64,000 bases of DNA from Isurus oxyrinchus (GCA_026770705.1 JANJGN010000010.1:11904001-11968000); one strand, 5' to 3'. Positions 1 through 13,163 are shown, numbered from the stretch's first letter. Made by a program: numbers and translations. The notes: generated by a model not told the origin, from the sequence alone.

Positions 1-244
1 AATTAAAGTTGCTCAGATTTGATCAGACTCCAGTAACTTGATGCAAGTGGTAACAAAGGCTGATGCGTCATATTTGATTCTCAACATCTGGCGTTAGACA
101 TTTTGGAAGAGTCCTCAAATGGTCAAAAGAATGCATTTAAAATCAAGGTTCAACATCAGTGCATGAAGTGAATTAAGTCTTCACACCATGTTGGAACCAG
201 GAAACAAAAATAAATTTTAACAAACAACTTAAGATTTCAACAAT

Positions 245-2573
245 AAAACATGGTTGGAACAGAATTTAATACAAATATTGTACAATAAACAGACTAAAGG
301 TATCTAAAAAAACCATTTCGGATTTAAACAAATCCGTGGTTTTTCCTTTGAAAAGAAGCAAGAAAAAAAAACGTGCATTTTCAGGTTCACGTCAGAACCT
401 GAATCATTAAAATTCGGTAAAGATGTCAAAATTGTTTCCCATATCACCACACTTGATATGTAGATTCTTCAGTTTAAAAGGATTGCAATGCTCAGAAACA
501 ATATCCAATTTAGCCAAACTAGATAAACATTTGAGCAAAATGAACAACTGCGAACACCAATGTTCGATCTGATTTCTATTTAAACACAAATACAACCACA
601 TATCATTACATAGCACAGCATAAACTGACAACAGCTACAGGTTGAAAAGCATACATTTCTGACACGCAAATTTGAAAAAAAATACAAGGTTCTCTTACAA
701 TCAGTTGTATAATACTCTAATTAATCAGGAGTAGCCCCAGTCATTCAGAAAAAAGTGGAAATACAAAATTTTTGTAAGTGAACAAACACAAAGTGTTGTT
801 ATTTAGTGTAGTACAAGGTAAGTCAATAGGTAGTAGTGCTAGAAAAAGACTTCTTTTAAATATCCACTTGTTTAAACAATCTACAAGCAAAATAATGCAG
901 AGATTTGCTTCAGTTCCTATCACCATGAGACATTTATGACCAAAAGATTGCAACATGTTTGAAGATTTTCAAAGGTTCGTGTGGTTGCTTTTTTTTAAAT
1001 CTTATAAGGACAACCAATGATTGAAGAAACCAATACGGCTTTTGCCTGTTCAACTTCAGCGAACTGCCTTTTATATAAAAGCTGGTACAAAAATTAAGAT
1101 GTACTAATACAAAAAACTGTTCTGTAAAAATTATTGGCTTCATAAGTGGTAGAAAAGCTGAAGCAAGAAGTCAATTAACAGAAGCCTCATTAAAAAAAAG
1201 AGTATTCAATTTTGAGTCTAATAAGATTTGGTAATCTCTGATTGAGTTATTATGAGATTTAAAAATGTTGTTGGAGGCTGATACTTAAACTGAACCCACA
1301 ATTAATTTTATACAAACGTGAGCCAAGAGTGAATTTTGAATTCCTCCTTAAATCTGCCCATAAATTTCATGCACTGGACAACAGTCTGGATAGGCCAAAG
1401 GGGCATGGCTGGGCATACTATGACTTATGAGCTTCGAATAGTGTTAAAAAATATAAAAAGGGGTGTAAATCAGGCCTGAAGTAAAGTCAAGTTGATATGT
1501 CTTCCTTTCACTTGGAAGTGGGTTGAACAGATAAATACAGGGCAATTAGCAACAAGCAACACAAAGGTGCTGTCACATCTCAAATTACTTGGTATAGACT
1601 AACTAATTTATTCTGTTATCAAATTTTACTGGAATAGAAACCTGAGTAAGAACAGTTCAATTACTGAAAGGAATGTGATCGCTTCTGGGATAAATAGCAC
1701 AACAGAATATTCATTTGATAAAGTTGTGTAGAAAATGAACAACTCTTAGCTATTTTGAAGAGCAAGTCTCACCATGAATGTGCCTTTCAAGCAATATCCA
1801 ACAATTTGAAAAAGTTAGGAACTCTACATCCTTTTATATATTCCACCCAGCCCCCATCCCTGTTTTGCTGATGGCTTAATTGGCAAGTGCTGAACACAAT
1901 AAGGGAAATCACAAGGACTGCTGCAGCAAAGTAATACTGGAACAGTTCAAGCAGCTCTATCCCTGAATTTCCTAAGTTACTGCTTTGCTCTGATGATATT
2001 CTGCGTCTATCGTCTGAACATGGACAAAATCAGCAACTCCCTTTCTCCGTAGATCTTTCAATTGGTAGTCAGGCTCCAATTCAGTAGCAATTAAGTGGAG
2101 GACCATAACTTGGGTGCTGTTCTTCCTTCTTTTACAATACCTGTACCGTCCACCCACTTTGGAGGAGATGCTTGTTTTCCAAGCCTCTCTTTTTCACTGT
2201 TGCAGTTGGACCGCAGGGGTAGAGTTTGCCTCAATTTCACTATAATGCACTATTTAGAGGAAATGTCCCATTCCTGCCATCGATAGCACATCAACACAGA
2301 AATGCCTCGTGATATTTTTCAGCACTTACAAATTAAGAAAAGAAATAATTATTTGATTTAAAAATATGAATAGTTGAAATATATTTAAACTGACTTCACT
2401 GTAAATCTAACAGTGGATTAACAATAAGCAAAAATGCATTATTGTGGTGTACTGTCAGTGTGACTAACTAATTTGAGTATGACACTGCCTGATCATGTCA
2501 CATCAATAGCAAGAAGAACACATTAGGGAATCCCAGCTGTCATGTAAAATAAAGTAATGAAGCATCAAAATGA
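245..2573 (-). other. LIN7C: Probable LIN7C 3' UTR
   Basis: AT-rich, repeat-free sequence directly after the stop codon. The end is inferred from a candidate poly(A) signal at 265-270. Confidence 0.55.
265..270 (-). terminator. Candidate polyadenylation signal ATTAAA
   Basis: Minus strand reads TGTACAATATTTGTATTAAATTCTGTTCCAACCA followed by a U/GU-rich tract, with TGTA elements upstream. An alternative AATAAA lies at 1607-1612. Confidence 0.45.
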
Positions 2574-2735
2574 TTAATAGTTGATTTGCTGTCTGCGTTT
2601 TGCTGACCTCATTTTCTCAAATCGCGATTCCATTTCTTCCAGTACTTTTGGTGTGTATCTAACGACTAATTTAACAGTTCCATGGGCAGCTTTAAGGAGC
2701 TCAACTGCTTTTTCATGGTGTTCTCCTTCAACACT
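2574..2735 (-). CDS. LIN7C: LIN7C coding exon 5 (PDZ C-terminal part and tail, to TAA)
   Basis: Acceptor tgcag|AGTGTT. Translates [63 protein letters not shown] is LIN7C-type. Confidence 0.96.
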   Translation of the reverse strand, partial: SVEGEHHEKAVELLKAAHGTVKLVVRYTPKVLEEMESRFEKMRSAKRRQQINY

Positions 2736-2832
2736 CTGCATATAAGGGAAAAAAAACTTGTTCATTATTACACTGCATACTCTTTTGTCGTATATGAAAA
2801 TATCAATATCTTTCCACAAATGCAATAAATGC

Positions 2833-3250
2833 CAGGCTGGTTCAGCTGGTAATATCTGCATCTTGTCAGACGATTGTGGGCTCAGTTTTCACTCCAGCTC
2901 AAAGAACGTAATCTAAATTGACACTTCAGTACAGTGCTGAGAAAGTGTTGCATGCTGGAAGTGGTGTTTTTTTGGGTGATACATTAAAACAGGGTAGCAT
3001 CCACATGTCCAAGTGGACTTGGAAAATCTGATGGTGATGTTTGAAGAGGAACCAAGAGGTCTCACATTGTCCTGAGCCACTCTTAAACCCTAGCGTCCAC
3101 CACCCACCACCATAAAGCTTTGCTCAATGCAATTTGGAGACACCTTACTGCATGCAAATTGGCTGTCACATCTGCCTAATAATACCATTCATACTCAAAA
3201 ATTAATGCATTGGCTGTGAAATGCTTTGGGGCATCCCAAGCACACTGGAT
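2833..3250 (+). mobile_element. Decayed Deu-domain SINE (SacSINE1/AmnSINE1-like)
   Basis: Degenerate tRNA-like head, body motif TGCATGCAAATTGGCTG and tail ATTGGCTGTGAAATGCTTTGGGGCATCC, recognised from the DeuSINE consensus. Confidence 0.6.
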
Positions 3251-3291
3251 AATTGCAGTTTTTAAACAAATTCAGTAAAGCAGTGATGTCA

Positions 3292-3602
3292 TTTTTAAAA
3301 ATTCGTTTGTAGGATGTGGGCATCGCTGGCTAGGCCAGCATTTTTAAGAGTCAACCACATTGCTGTGGGTTTGGAGTCACATGTAGGCCAGACCAGGTAA
3401 AGATAGCAGATTTCCTTACCCTAAAGGGCATTAGTGAACCAGATGGGCTTTTACAACAATCGACAATGGTCTCATGGTCATCATTAGTCTTTTAATTCCA
3501 GGTATTTATTGAATTCAAATTCCACCATCTGGACCCCAGAGCAATACCCTGGGTCTCTGGATTACCAGTCCAGTGACAATACCACAGTTCCACCACGTCC
3601 CC
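3292..3602 (-). mobile_element. Short tRNA-headed SINE-like element (head plus tail of LINE family B)
   Basis: Head matches 16545-16720. Tail (plus strand GGATGTGGGCATCGCTGGCTAGGCCAGCA) matches the LINE tails at 10706 and 14548. Confidence 0.75.
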
Positions 3603-3834
3603 TGAAGAAGCATTGTTCCAGGACTGTGCTAGAGTAATACAAACTGGATTTATTCCCTTTATGTTGATTTGTTATTCAAGAAATAAGTTCAGCAATAATC
3701 TGGACAATTAATTTGAAAAAAGGTACAAATACAGAAGTCATATCAAAATTTCAGGCATGGTAATCCGTCATTTCTGAAAATTAAAGCAAGCATTTTAACA
3801 GAATTAGGAAAATGGGCGAGGAAAGAAACGAGTA

Positions 3835-6800
3835 ACAACTAAGGAACAAAAGGAGTAGGCCATTCAGCGCTTTGTGCCTGCTTCGCCATTCAATATGCTG
3901 ATCTGGTTGCGGTCTCAATTCCACTTTGCTGCCTGCTCCCCATAACCTTTGGCTCCCTTTTCTATCAAGAATCTATCCAACTCAGCCCTTGAATAAATTC
4001 AATGACCCTGCCTCCGCTGCACTCTGGGCAAGAGAATTCCACATAGCAAAAATCCTCTGAGAAAAAAATTTCTCCTCATCTCAGTCTTATTGTTAACCTG
4101 TATCCCCTAGATCTAGTCGCCCCCACAAGTGGAAACATCCTCCCCATATCTACCCTATCAAATCTCCTCAGGATCTTATACATTTCAATATCATCGTTCA
4201 TTCTTCTAAACTACAATGGATACAGGCCCAACCTGTTCAACCTTTCTTTGTAAGATAACCCCCTTAACCCTCGAGTGAACCTTCTCTGCATTGCTTCTAA
4301 CATAATTATATCGTTTTTCAAATAAGGAGGCCAAAACTGCACATAGTATTCCAGATGTGGTCTCACTAATGTACAGCTGCAGTAAAACTTTTCCACTTTT
4401 ATATTCCATTCCCCTTGCAATAAATGTCAACATTCCATTTGCCTTCCTAATCACTTGTGCCTGTACACTAACTTACTGTGATTCATGTACCAGGACACCC
4501 AGATCCCTCTATACAAGAGCCTCTCTCCATTTAAATAGTATATTGCTTTTCCATTCTTCCTGCCAAAGTGGATAAGCTCACATTTTCCCACATTATACTC
4601 CATCTGTCAAATTTTCCCATTCACTCAACCCACCTATAATCCTTTGTAGACTATCCCTTCTTGACAACTTACTTTCCTACCTCTCTTGGTGTCATTGGCG
4701 AATTTAGCTTCCAGACATTAGACCCTTTATCCAAATCACTGATATAGATTGTAAATAGTTGAGGCCCCAGCACTGATCCCTGTGGCACTCCACTTGTAAC
4801 AGCTTGCTAACCTGAAAAATACCCATTTATCCCTACTCTCTTATTTCTGTTAGCTAGCCAATCCTTTATCCATGTTAATATGTTAGCTCTACACCATGTA
4901 ATCTTATCTTGCGCAGTAATCTTTTATGTGGCACCTTATCAAATGTCTTCTGGAAATCCAAGTACACCACATCTACAGGTTCCCCTTTATCCACTTGCTT
5001 GTTACTTCCTCAAAAAACTCCTAATAAATTAGTTAAGCACGATTTCTCTTTCACAAGCCTATGTTGACTCTGATCAAATTATGATTTCCTAAGTATCCCG
5101 CTTTAACCTCCTTAGTGTTGGATTCTAGCAATTTCCCTATGACAGATGTCAGGTTAACTGGCCTGTTGTTTCCTGCTTTCTGTCTCCCTTCTTTCTTGAA
5201 TCAAGGTATTATATTTGCTATTTCCAATCCACTGGGATCCTTCTGAAATCGATGGAATTTTGGAGGGCTATAATCAATGCATCCACAATCCATGCAGCCA
5301 CTTCCTTTAAGGCCCTAGGATGCATGCCATCTGGTCCTGGGGAATTGTCAGCCTTTAGCTCTAATAGTTTTCCCAGCATCTTTTCCCTGGTGATGGTGAT
5401 TTTAAGATCCTCCCTCCCATTCACCTCTTGATTTTCAAGTTTTCTAAGTCTTCGCAAGTGAAGACAGATACAAAATACGTGTTGGATAGCTGCCATTTCC
5501 TTGCTTTACATGATCAATTCCCAGGCTCGCTTTAGAGGGTCGACGCTCTTACAATCCATTTTTATATTACTATCTAGCCTTCTCATACTCTTCTTTTTCC
5601 CTCTTTTTTTTTAAGTCATTCTTTGCTGGTTCTTAAAATTTGCCCAATCTCCTGACCTATCACTAATCTCTGCACATTTGCACAGTGCTTCTTTCAATTT
5701 GATACAATCCTTAATTTCCTTACTCAGCTATGGATGATGCATCCTTCTCAGAGTCTTCCTTTCTCATTAGAGTTGAACATGCTGGGATCTGCTGAGAGTT
5801 AAGTATCTCCTTAAAAGTCTGCCACTACATCACTACTGTCCTACCTTTTAACCTAGTTTCCCAAATCATTTACATGCCCTTATAAATTACCTTTATTCAT
5901 GTTTAAAACATGAGTCTTAGACTCACACTTCTCCCCTTCAAACAGAACAAGAAATTCTAACATGCTATGATTGCTGTCGGCTAGAGGCTCCTTTACTATT
6001 GGGTTATTGATTAATCCTGCTTCATTGCACATTACCAGGTCTAGAAGAGCCTGCTCCCTGGTTAGCTCTAGAATACGCTGCTCCAAGAAATTGTCCTGAG
6101 TACACTCTTATGAACTCATGCTCCACACTACCTTGGCCAATCTGATTTGCCCAATCTGTGTGTAGATTAAAGTTACCCATGATTATTGTGGTACCTTTCT
6201 TACATGCCCCATTTATTTCTTCCTGTATACCCTGTCCTACCATCTAACAATAGTTAGAGGATCTATAAGCTACTCCCATTAAGTGACCACTTACCTTTAC
6301 TATTTAATTCTACCCAAACTGATTCAACATCTTGCTACTTTGAGACAAGATCATCTCTCATTACTGTACTAATGACATCCTTAATTAGTAGAGCTATCCC
6401 ACCACCTTTTCCTAATTTCCTACCATTTTGAAATGTCAAATATCCTTCCGTATTTAGATCCCAGCCTTGGCCGCCTTCCAACTACGTCTCTGTAATGGCT
6501 ATCAGGTCATACATATTTGTTTTTATCTGTGTTAACAATTCATGTGAGGTTATCCACTTTGGTAGGAAAAACAAAATGATAGAGCATTTCCTAAGTGGTA
6601 GCAGACAGGGAAATGTTGAACTTCAAATGGACTTGGATGTCCTTGTTCATGCACCACTGCTCTATTATCTTGTTGTTTCCCACTGCTTTACTACACCTCC
6701 TCTTGCATGATCCCTTCCCCCTCTATTTAGTTTCCAGCCCTCTCTACCACCCTAGTTATACGACTCAACAGAACATTGATCCCAGCATGTTCAGGTGAAG

Positions 6801-7400
6801 GCCAACGGTACAGCTCCCACTTTCCCCAGCACTGGTCCACATGAATCGAAACCTGTTTCTCCCACAACAGTTTTTGAGTCATGCATTCATCTCTCTAATC
6901 TCAGCTATCCTACCAGCCAATCTGCTTGTGGCTCAGGTAATAATCCAAAGATCATTACCTTTGAGGTTCTGCTTTTTAATTTGGCTTCTATCTGCTCATA
7001 ATCCCCAAGGAGAACATTTTTCCTGGACCTATCTACGTCATTGGTAACAACATGGACCACAACCACTGGATCTGGATCCTCCCCCTCCCACTGCAAGTTC
7101 TTCTGACCCCAAGCAGATCTCCTGAACCTTGGCATGGGGCAGAAAACACAGCTGTTTGGACTCTCGCTCTCGGCTGCAGAGAGCTGTGTCTATCCCCCTG
7201 ACTGTACTGTCCCCAACTACCACTGCATTCCACCACTTGAATGGCTTCCTGTGCCATGGTCAGTTTGCTCATCCAACCTGCAGCCCCCACTGTCAACCAT
7301 ACAGGCTGTTGGGCAATTGCAAAGGCTGAGGCTCCTCCACTTCTAATTTGTGTCCCCATTGCTGCCTCACTTACAGTCACAGCCTCCCGTTCCTGACCAA
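3835..7400 (-). mobile_element. Near full-length decayed CR1 LINE (ORF1 SGNH esterase plus ORF2 APE/RT)
   Basis: ORF1 motifs VVGDSTVRG and VVVHVVTND. ORF2 fragments IIMGNFN, LDLV, SPGPDGMHPR and [13 protein letters not shown]. Many frameshifts and stops. Confidence 0.9.
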
Positions 7401-8034
7401 CATTTTCTATTTCAGTATCCCCTCTTTGCCATCTTTCCCACTTGCTAAGGCCATTGAAAAAGACATGAAAGACTTCAACATCAAATATGACAAGTGTTTA
7501 GCTGACAATTGATGCAAATGGAAACAGCAGCTGTGGGCAGGAATTCACCACTACGATAACATGGTTTTATAAGCTCAATTTGAATTTGTGTTATTTTGAA
7601 CAATTTTCTAAAGAAATGCTATTACTGTTGCACATGCCTTATTAATGAAACCCATATAGTTCTTCGGGGCTTAACCTCTTCCAAAAATAAAAATGTAACC
7701 AAAACTAGGATTAAGAATAGAATTTCAATTTCTACGGAAATTCAATGGCACTGGACAAACATCTATTGAAATCAACTTCAAAGATGGGCCAAATCAAAAA
7801 AAACTTACAGATTATAAACTACTTATAATCAGAAGTATAATTAATGCTTGTGGATTTTTCACTCTCTTCCCTCAGAAATGCAAGGTTCAATGGTAGAAGT
7901 CTAAATGCTTGCTGCTGCATTGACTCGGAATCTAACATGGAGCCTTCTGCATGGTACAAGTGCAATACCAATGACTCCTTTTTCACATTTAAAACATTAG
8001 AGTAGCCCTCTACGTGCAGATTTAAATGTACTTT

Positions 8035-8128
8035 TACCAACAAAAAGTGACTGCACTTCAATGGCAGTTAATTGGCTGAAAAATATCTTAGGATGTCCTG
8101 AAAGTGTAAAAGTACGTAAAGTAAGTTT
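8035..8128 (+). mobile_element. DeuSINE 3' tail fragment next to the exon 4 donor
   Basis: GACTGCACTTCAA...AATTGGCTG...TTAGGATGTCCTGA resembles the tail at 3190-3245. Confidence 0.45.
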
Positions 8129-8155
8129 CTGCAAGAAAATATACAAGATACCTAC

Positions 8156-8365
8156 CACTCCATTGACAGATAGGAGCTGGTCTCCACGTTTCAGACCTCC
8201 GTGACGATCAGCAATGCCAGCTGGAATGATGCGGGATATGTATATAGGAGAGTTTTGCTCCTTTCCACCCATGATATTGAATCCTAGTCCTTCATCTGTC
8301 TTGGGTAGCTCCACAACTCTTGGATGCGAGTGACCTTCACTTGCAGCAAATGCTGCCACTGTTGC
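8156..8365 (-). CDS. LIN7C: LIN7C coding exon 4 (PDZ domain, GLGF loop)
   Basis: catcag|GCAACA ... GGAGTG|gtaggt, 210 nt. [70 protein letters not shown]. Confidence 0.97.
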
Positions 8366-8912
8366 CTGATGAGACACATTACTCATTTACAAACACATCA
8401 ATTTCCGTAAAAACCCAAGCCGAAACACAAAATAAATCGTATATAATGCACTTATCCCAAATATTACAGAGGCAATGGGTATATAGGGTAGAAGTACCCC
8501 AATTTGCAACGGGGCCCCCTCCCAACAAGGGAGAGACACAGAAAAAGGGAGGACAGAGATATGCCGATGAGAATCGTCCATCACCTCTAACCCCTTCCCC
8601 ACTCTCCACACCACCTCCCCTCCCATCCTTCCTTCTGCTCTTTCTTAATCTAATTCAATTATCCCCATGCTGTAACTCTCCATCTGAAAACTGCACTTAA
8701 TCTTTATTCTTGATAGGTAATGCCATGAGACTAGTTTAAAAAAATCTTTGATTTCCTATCAAAGCAGTCAATCCAAATATCAAATCTGGTATTCAATCTG
8801 AATGCTTTTTTTCCCTGCCTTTTCAAAAGTGCCCTAGACTTCTGCAGTTAAACATTGGCTTATATGCAGAACATTTTCGTGTGATATATTTCTCAATGAT
8901 GGTTTTCAGAAT

Positions 8913-8985
8913 GTTTTTATAGTGTAGTGGTTGTCACGTTCACCTACCACGTGAAAGGTCTCCAGTTCAAAACCGGGCGGAAACA
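8913..8985 (+). pseudogene. tRNA-Val-derived pseudogene (73 nt; anticodon now reads ACC)
   Basis: GTTTTTATAGTGTAGTGGTTGTCACGTTCACCTACCACGTGAAAGGTCTCCAGTTCAAAACCGGGCGGAAACA aligns without gaps to vertebrate tRNA-Val(AAC). Differences are mostly CpG-type transitions, including in the T loop. Confidence 0.9.
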
Positions 8986-8988
8986 TCA

Positions 8989-10705
8989 TGAGCGAGATGG
9001 CACCTGTATAAGCTGGATGGGGTACAACTGAACAGAGCCAGGACTGAGTTCCTTGCAGGGCATTTTGATAGTGCTGTTAAACTAACTCGCCAGTGATGTG
9101 GGAACCAGGGGAAAATATCAGACTAATGCCAAGGTGCACAAAACACTGGGAGACAGATAGCACTAGAATAGAGAATAGTAAGTTAATAGGTGGAGTCAGA
9201 GTAAGGGAGAAAGTCATGAAGTCTAAATCAGGGTTATACTGCGTGTATTTGAATATATGGAGTATAGTAAATAAGATTGATGACGTACAGGCACAGATTG
9301 TCATGCGGAATTATAATGTTGTGGCAATAAGAAGTCTAGCTTAAGGAAGGGCAGGACTGGGTGTTAAACATTCTTGGGTACAAGGTGTTCAGGAAAGATA
9401 GGAAAGGGAGAAAAGGAGGAGGGGTGACTTTATTGGTTAGGGAGAGCTGGAGAAAGAGGGTGTCCCAGAGGGTTCAAGGGCAGAATCAATTTGGCTAGAG
9501 TTAAGGAATAAAAAAGGGTGCAATTACATTGCTCAGGGTAGTTTACAGGCCACCAATGAGTGGGAAGGATGTAGAGGAACAAATCTGCAGGGAAATTAGA
9601 GACGTGCAAACATTATAGTTATAATGGGGGTCTTTAATTACCTGAATATAGACTGGGATAGTGGTAGTATAAAGGGCAGAGAGGGGCCAGAGTTCCTAGA
9701 GGGTGTTCAGGAGAATTTTCTACAGCGGTGTGTCAAGTCCAACAAGAGGCAGCGCTAGACCTGGCTCTTGGAACTGAGGTGGGCCTAATAGATCAAGTGT
9801 CAGTGGGGAACATTTAGGAGAGAGTGATCATTGTATCATAAGGTTTAGGATGACAATAGAAAAAGGATAATGGGCGATCCAGAGTACGAATTAATTATCT
9901 GGGAGAGAGCCAACTTCAATGGGGTAAGAACGGAGCTAGGTCGGATAGATTGGAATCAAAGGTTGGTGGGTAAAACTGTGGCTGAAAAATGGGCTACATT
10001 CAAAAAAGAAATGGTTCGGGCACAGTCAAGATGTATTCCCTCGAAAGGGAAAGGTGGGGCAAACAAATCCAGGGTTTCCCTGGATTAGAAGGAGACAGAA
10101 ATTAAGATAAAGAAGAAAAAGTGTACTATGACAGGTGTCAGATAGACAATACAACTGAGAACCAAGCTGAATATAGAAGGTTCAGAGGAGAGGTGAAGCA
10201 GCAAATAAGAGAAGCAAAGACAGGTTATGAGAAAAGACTGGCAGCCAGCATAGGGGGGAATTGCAAAGTCTTATCCAGGCACATAAATAGTAAAAGCATG
10301 GGATAAAGAGGAATGGGCTGATTAGGGATCAAAAAGGAGATTTACACATGGAGGCAGGGGACATGGCTGAGGTGTTAAACAAATACTTTGCATCTGTCTT
10401 TACCAAGGAAGCAGATGCTACCCAGGCCATGGTGACAGAGGAAACTCTATCACTGGAAGGGTTCAAAATTGATAAGGAGGTGGTAACAGAAAACCGTTGG
10501 TACTTAAAAGTTGACAAGGCACCGGGATCAGATGAGATGCATCCAAGGACATTGAAGGAAGCAAGAATGAAAATTGCAGGATTACTGGCCATAATATTTC
10601 AGTCTTCCCTAGACTCAGGGGAGATGCCAGAGGACTAGATAATTGCAAACATTAGACGCTTGCTCAAAAAAAGTGTAAGGAAATGCCCAGCAATTACAGA
10701 CCAGT
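8989..10705 (+). mobile_element. CR1 LINE A, 5' part (ORF1 end and ORF2 endonuclease)
   Basis: Esterase-end remnant (DG.QLNRA), then YLNIWSIVNK, LNKYFASVFT and KAPGSDEMHPR. Breaks at NYRPV. Confidence 0.88.
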
Positions 10706-13163
10706 GTTTTTTTAAAAATTCATTCACGGGATGTGGGCTTCGCTGGCTGGGCCAGCATTTATTGCCTATTCCTAGTTGCACTTGAGAAGATGATGGTGAG
10801 CTGCCTTCTTGAATTGCTGCAGTGTAGGTACACGCAGAGTGCTAGTCACAGTATTTACATGGCTAGTCCAGTTCAGTTTCTGGTCAACGGCAACCCCCAG
10901 CATGTTGATAGTGGGGGATTCAGTGATGGTAATGCCATTAAACGTAAAGGGCAATGGTTAGATTCTCTCTTGTTGGAGATGGTCATTGCCTAGCATTTGA
11001 GTGGCGTGAATCTTACTCGTCACTTGTCAGCCCAAGCCTGGATATTGTCTAGGTCTTTCTGCATTTGGACTTGGGCTACTTCAGTATCTGAGGAGGTGCG
11101 AATGGTGAACATTGTGCAATCATCAGTGAATATCCCCACTTCTGACCTTATGATGGAAGGAAGGTCATTGATGAAGCAGCTGAAGATGGTTGGGCCTCGA
11201 ACACTATCCTGAGGAACTCCTGCAGTGATGTCTTGGAGCTGAGATGACTGACCTCCAAAAACCACAACCATCTTCCTTTGTGCTAGGTATGACTCCAACC
11301 AGTGGTGAGTTTTTGCCTATTCCCATTGGCTCCAATTTTGCTAGGGCACCTTGATGCCACACTCGGCCAAATGCAGCCTTGATGTCAAGGGCAGTCACTC
11401 TCACCTCACCTTGGAAGTTCAGCTCTTTTGTCCATGTTTCAACCAAGGCTGTAATGAGATCAGGAGCTGAGCGGCCCTGGCGGAACCCAAACTGTATGTG
11501 AGTGAGCAGTTTATTGTTAAGCAAGTGCCACTTGATAGCACTATTGATGACCCCTTCCATTACTATACTAATGATCGAGAGTAGACAGATGGCATGGCAA
11601 TTGGCCGGGTTGGATTTTTCCTGCTTTTTGTGTACAAGCTTGCCGTCTTGCACTCTTCACTGAACCAGGGTTGATCCCCTGTCATGATGGTAATGGTTAC
11701 AGATTGTGTTCAAGTCCAATTCTGCTACTGCTGCTGATGGCCCACAGCGCCTCATGAATGCCTAGTCTCGAGTTGCTAGGTCTGTTTGAAATCTATCCCA
11801 TTTAGCACAGTGGTAGTGCCGCACAACATGATGGAGGGTATCCTCAATGTGAAGGCAGGACTTTGTCTCCACAATGACCGTGTGGCAGTCACTCCTATGG
11901 ATACTACAGTAACATGGGAACAAGAGAAGGCCATTCAGCCCGTCGAGTCTGCTCCGTCATCCAATACGATCATGGCTGATCAAACACTTCAATGCCTTTT
12001 ACCCCCACTATCCCCATAACCCTTCATCTTTATTGTTAATTAGAAATCTATCAATCTCTACCTTAAATATACACAATGACTAAGCTTCCATGGACCTCTG
12101 GGGTAGAGAATTCCAAAGGTTCACAATCCTCTGAGTAAAGAAATTTCTCCTTACCTCCGTCCTAAGCGGCTTCCCCCTTATTTTGAAATTGTGTCCCCTG
12201 GTTTTAGACTCCCAAACGAGGGGAAATATCTTACCTGAATCTACCCTGTCTATTCCTTTAAGTATTTTGTGGGTTTCAATGAGATCCACCTCTCATTCTT
12301 TGAAACTCTAGAGAATACAGGCCGTTTCCCCAATCGCTTTTCATAAGACAGACCCACCATCTCTGGAACAAGTATGGTGAACCTTCGTTGCACTCCCTCA
12401 ATGGAAATTATATCCTTTCTGAGGTAAGGGGGCCAAAACTGCACACATTACTCCAGGTGCAGTCTGACCAAGTTTCTACACAATTGAAGCAAGACTTCAG
12501 CCATCTTGTACTAATATTCCCTTCTAATAAAGGCTAACATTCCACTGGCCTTCCTAATCGCCTGCTGTACTTCCATGTTAGCTTTCAGTGACCTATGGAC
12601 AAGGACACTCGGGTCCATTTGCACATCTGCACTTTCTAATCTCTTATCATTTAGGAAATAATCTGCACATCTGCTCCTTCTACCAAAGTGGATAATCTCA
12701 CATTTTTCCACATTATATTCCATCTGCTATATTCATGCCCATTCACTAAGTCTGCCCAAATACTCCTGTAGCCACTTTGTATCTTCCTCACAACACACAT
12801 TCCCGCCTAGCTTTGTATCATCCTCGAACTTGGAAATATTGCATTTAGTCCCCACATCCAAATCATTGATATATATTTTGAACAGCTGGGGCCCAAGTGC
12901 TGATCCTTGCAGTACCTCACTAGGCACAGCCTGCCAATGCGAGAATGACCTGTTTATTCCTACTGTTTTCTGCCGATCCTTAATCCATGCCAGTACATTG
13001 CCTCTTATCCCATGTGCTTTTATTTTGCTAATCAACCTCCTGCGGGGGACTTTATCAAAAGCCTTCCGAAAACCCTTTGGTCTGGCATTGCCATCAAGCC
13101 AGGGGATCAACCCTGGTTCAACGAAGAGTGCAGGAGGGCATGCCAGGAGCAGCACCAGGCATA

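Noticed and set aside
1972-2286. Short ORFs in the 3'UTR as an alternative last exon
   Set aside because: No recognisable protein and no clear in-frame acceptor.
8913-8985. Functional tRNA-Gly(ACC) from an anticodon shift
   Set aside because: Acceptor and T-arm substitutions, mutated B box (GTTCAA), CpG decay throughout and no Pol III terminator: a pseudogene.
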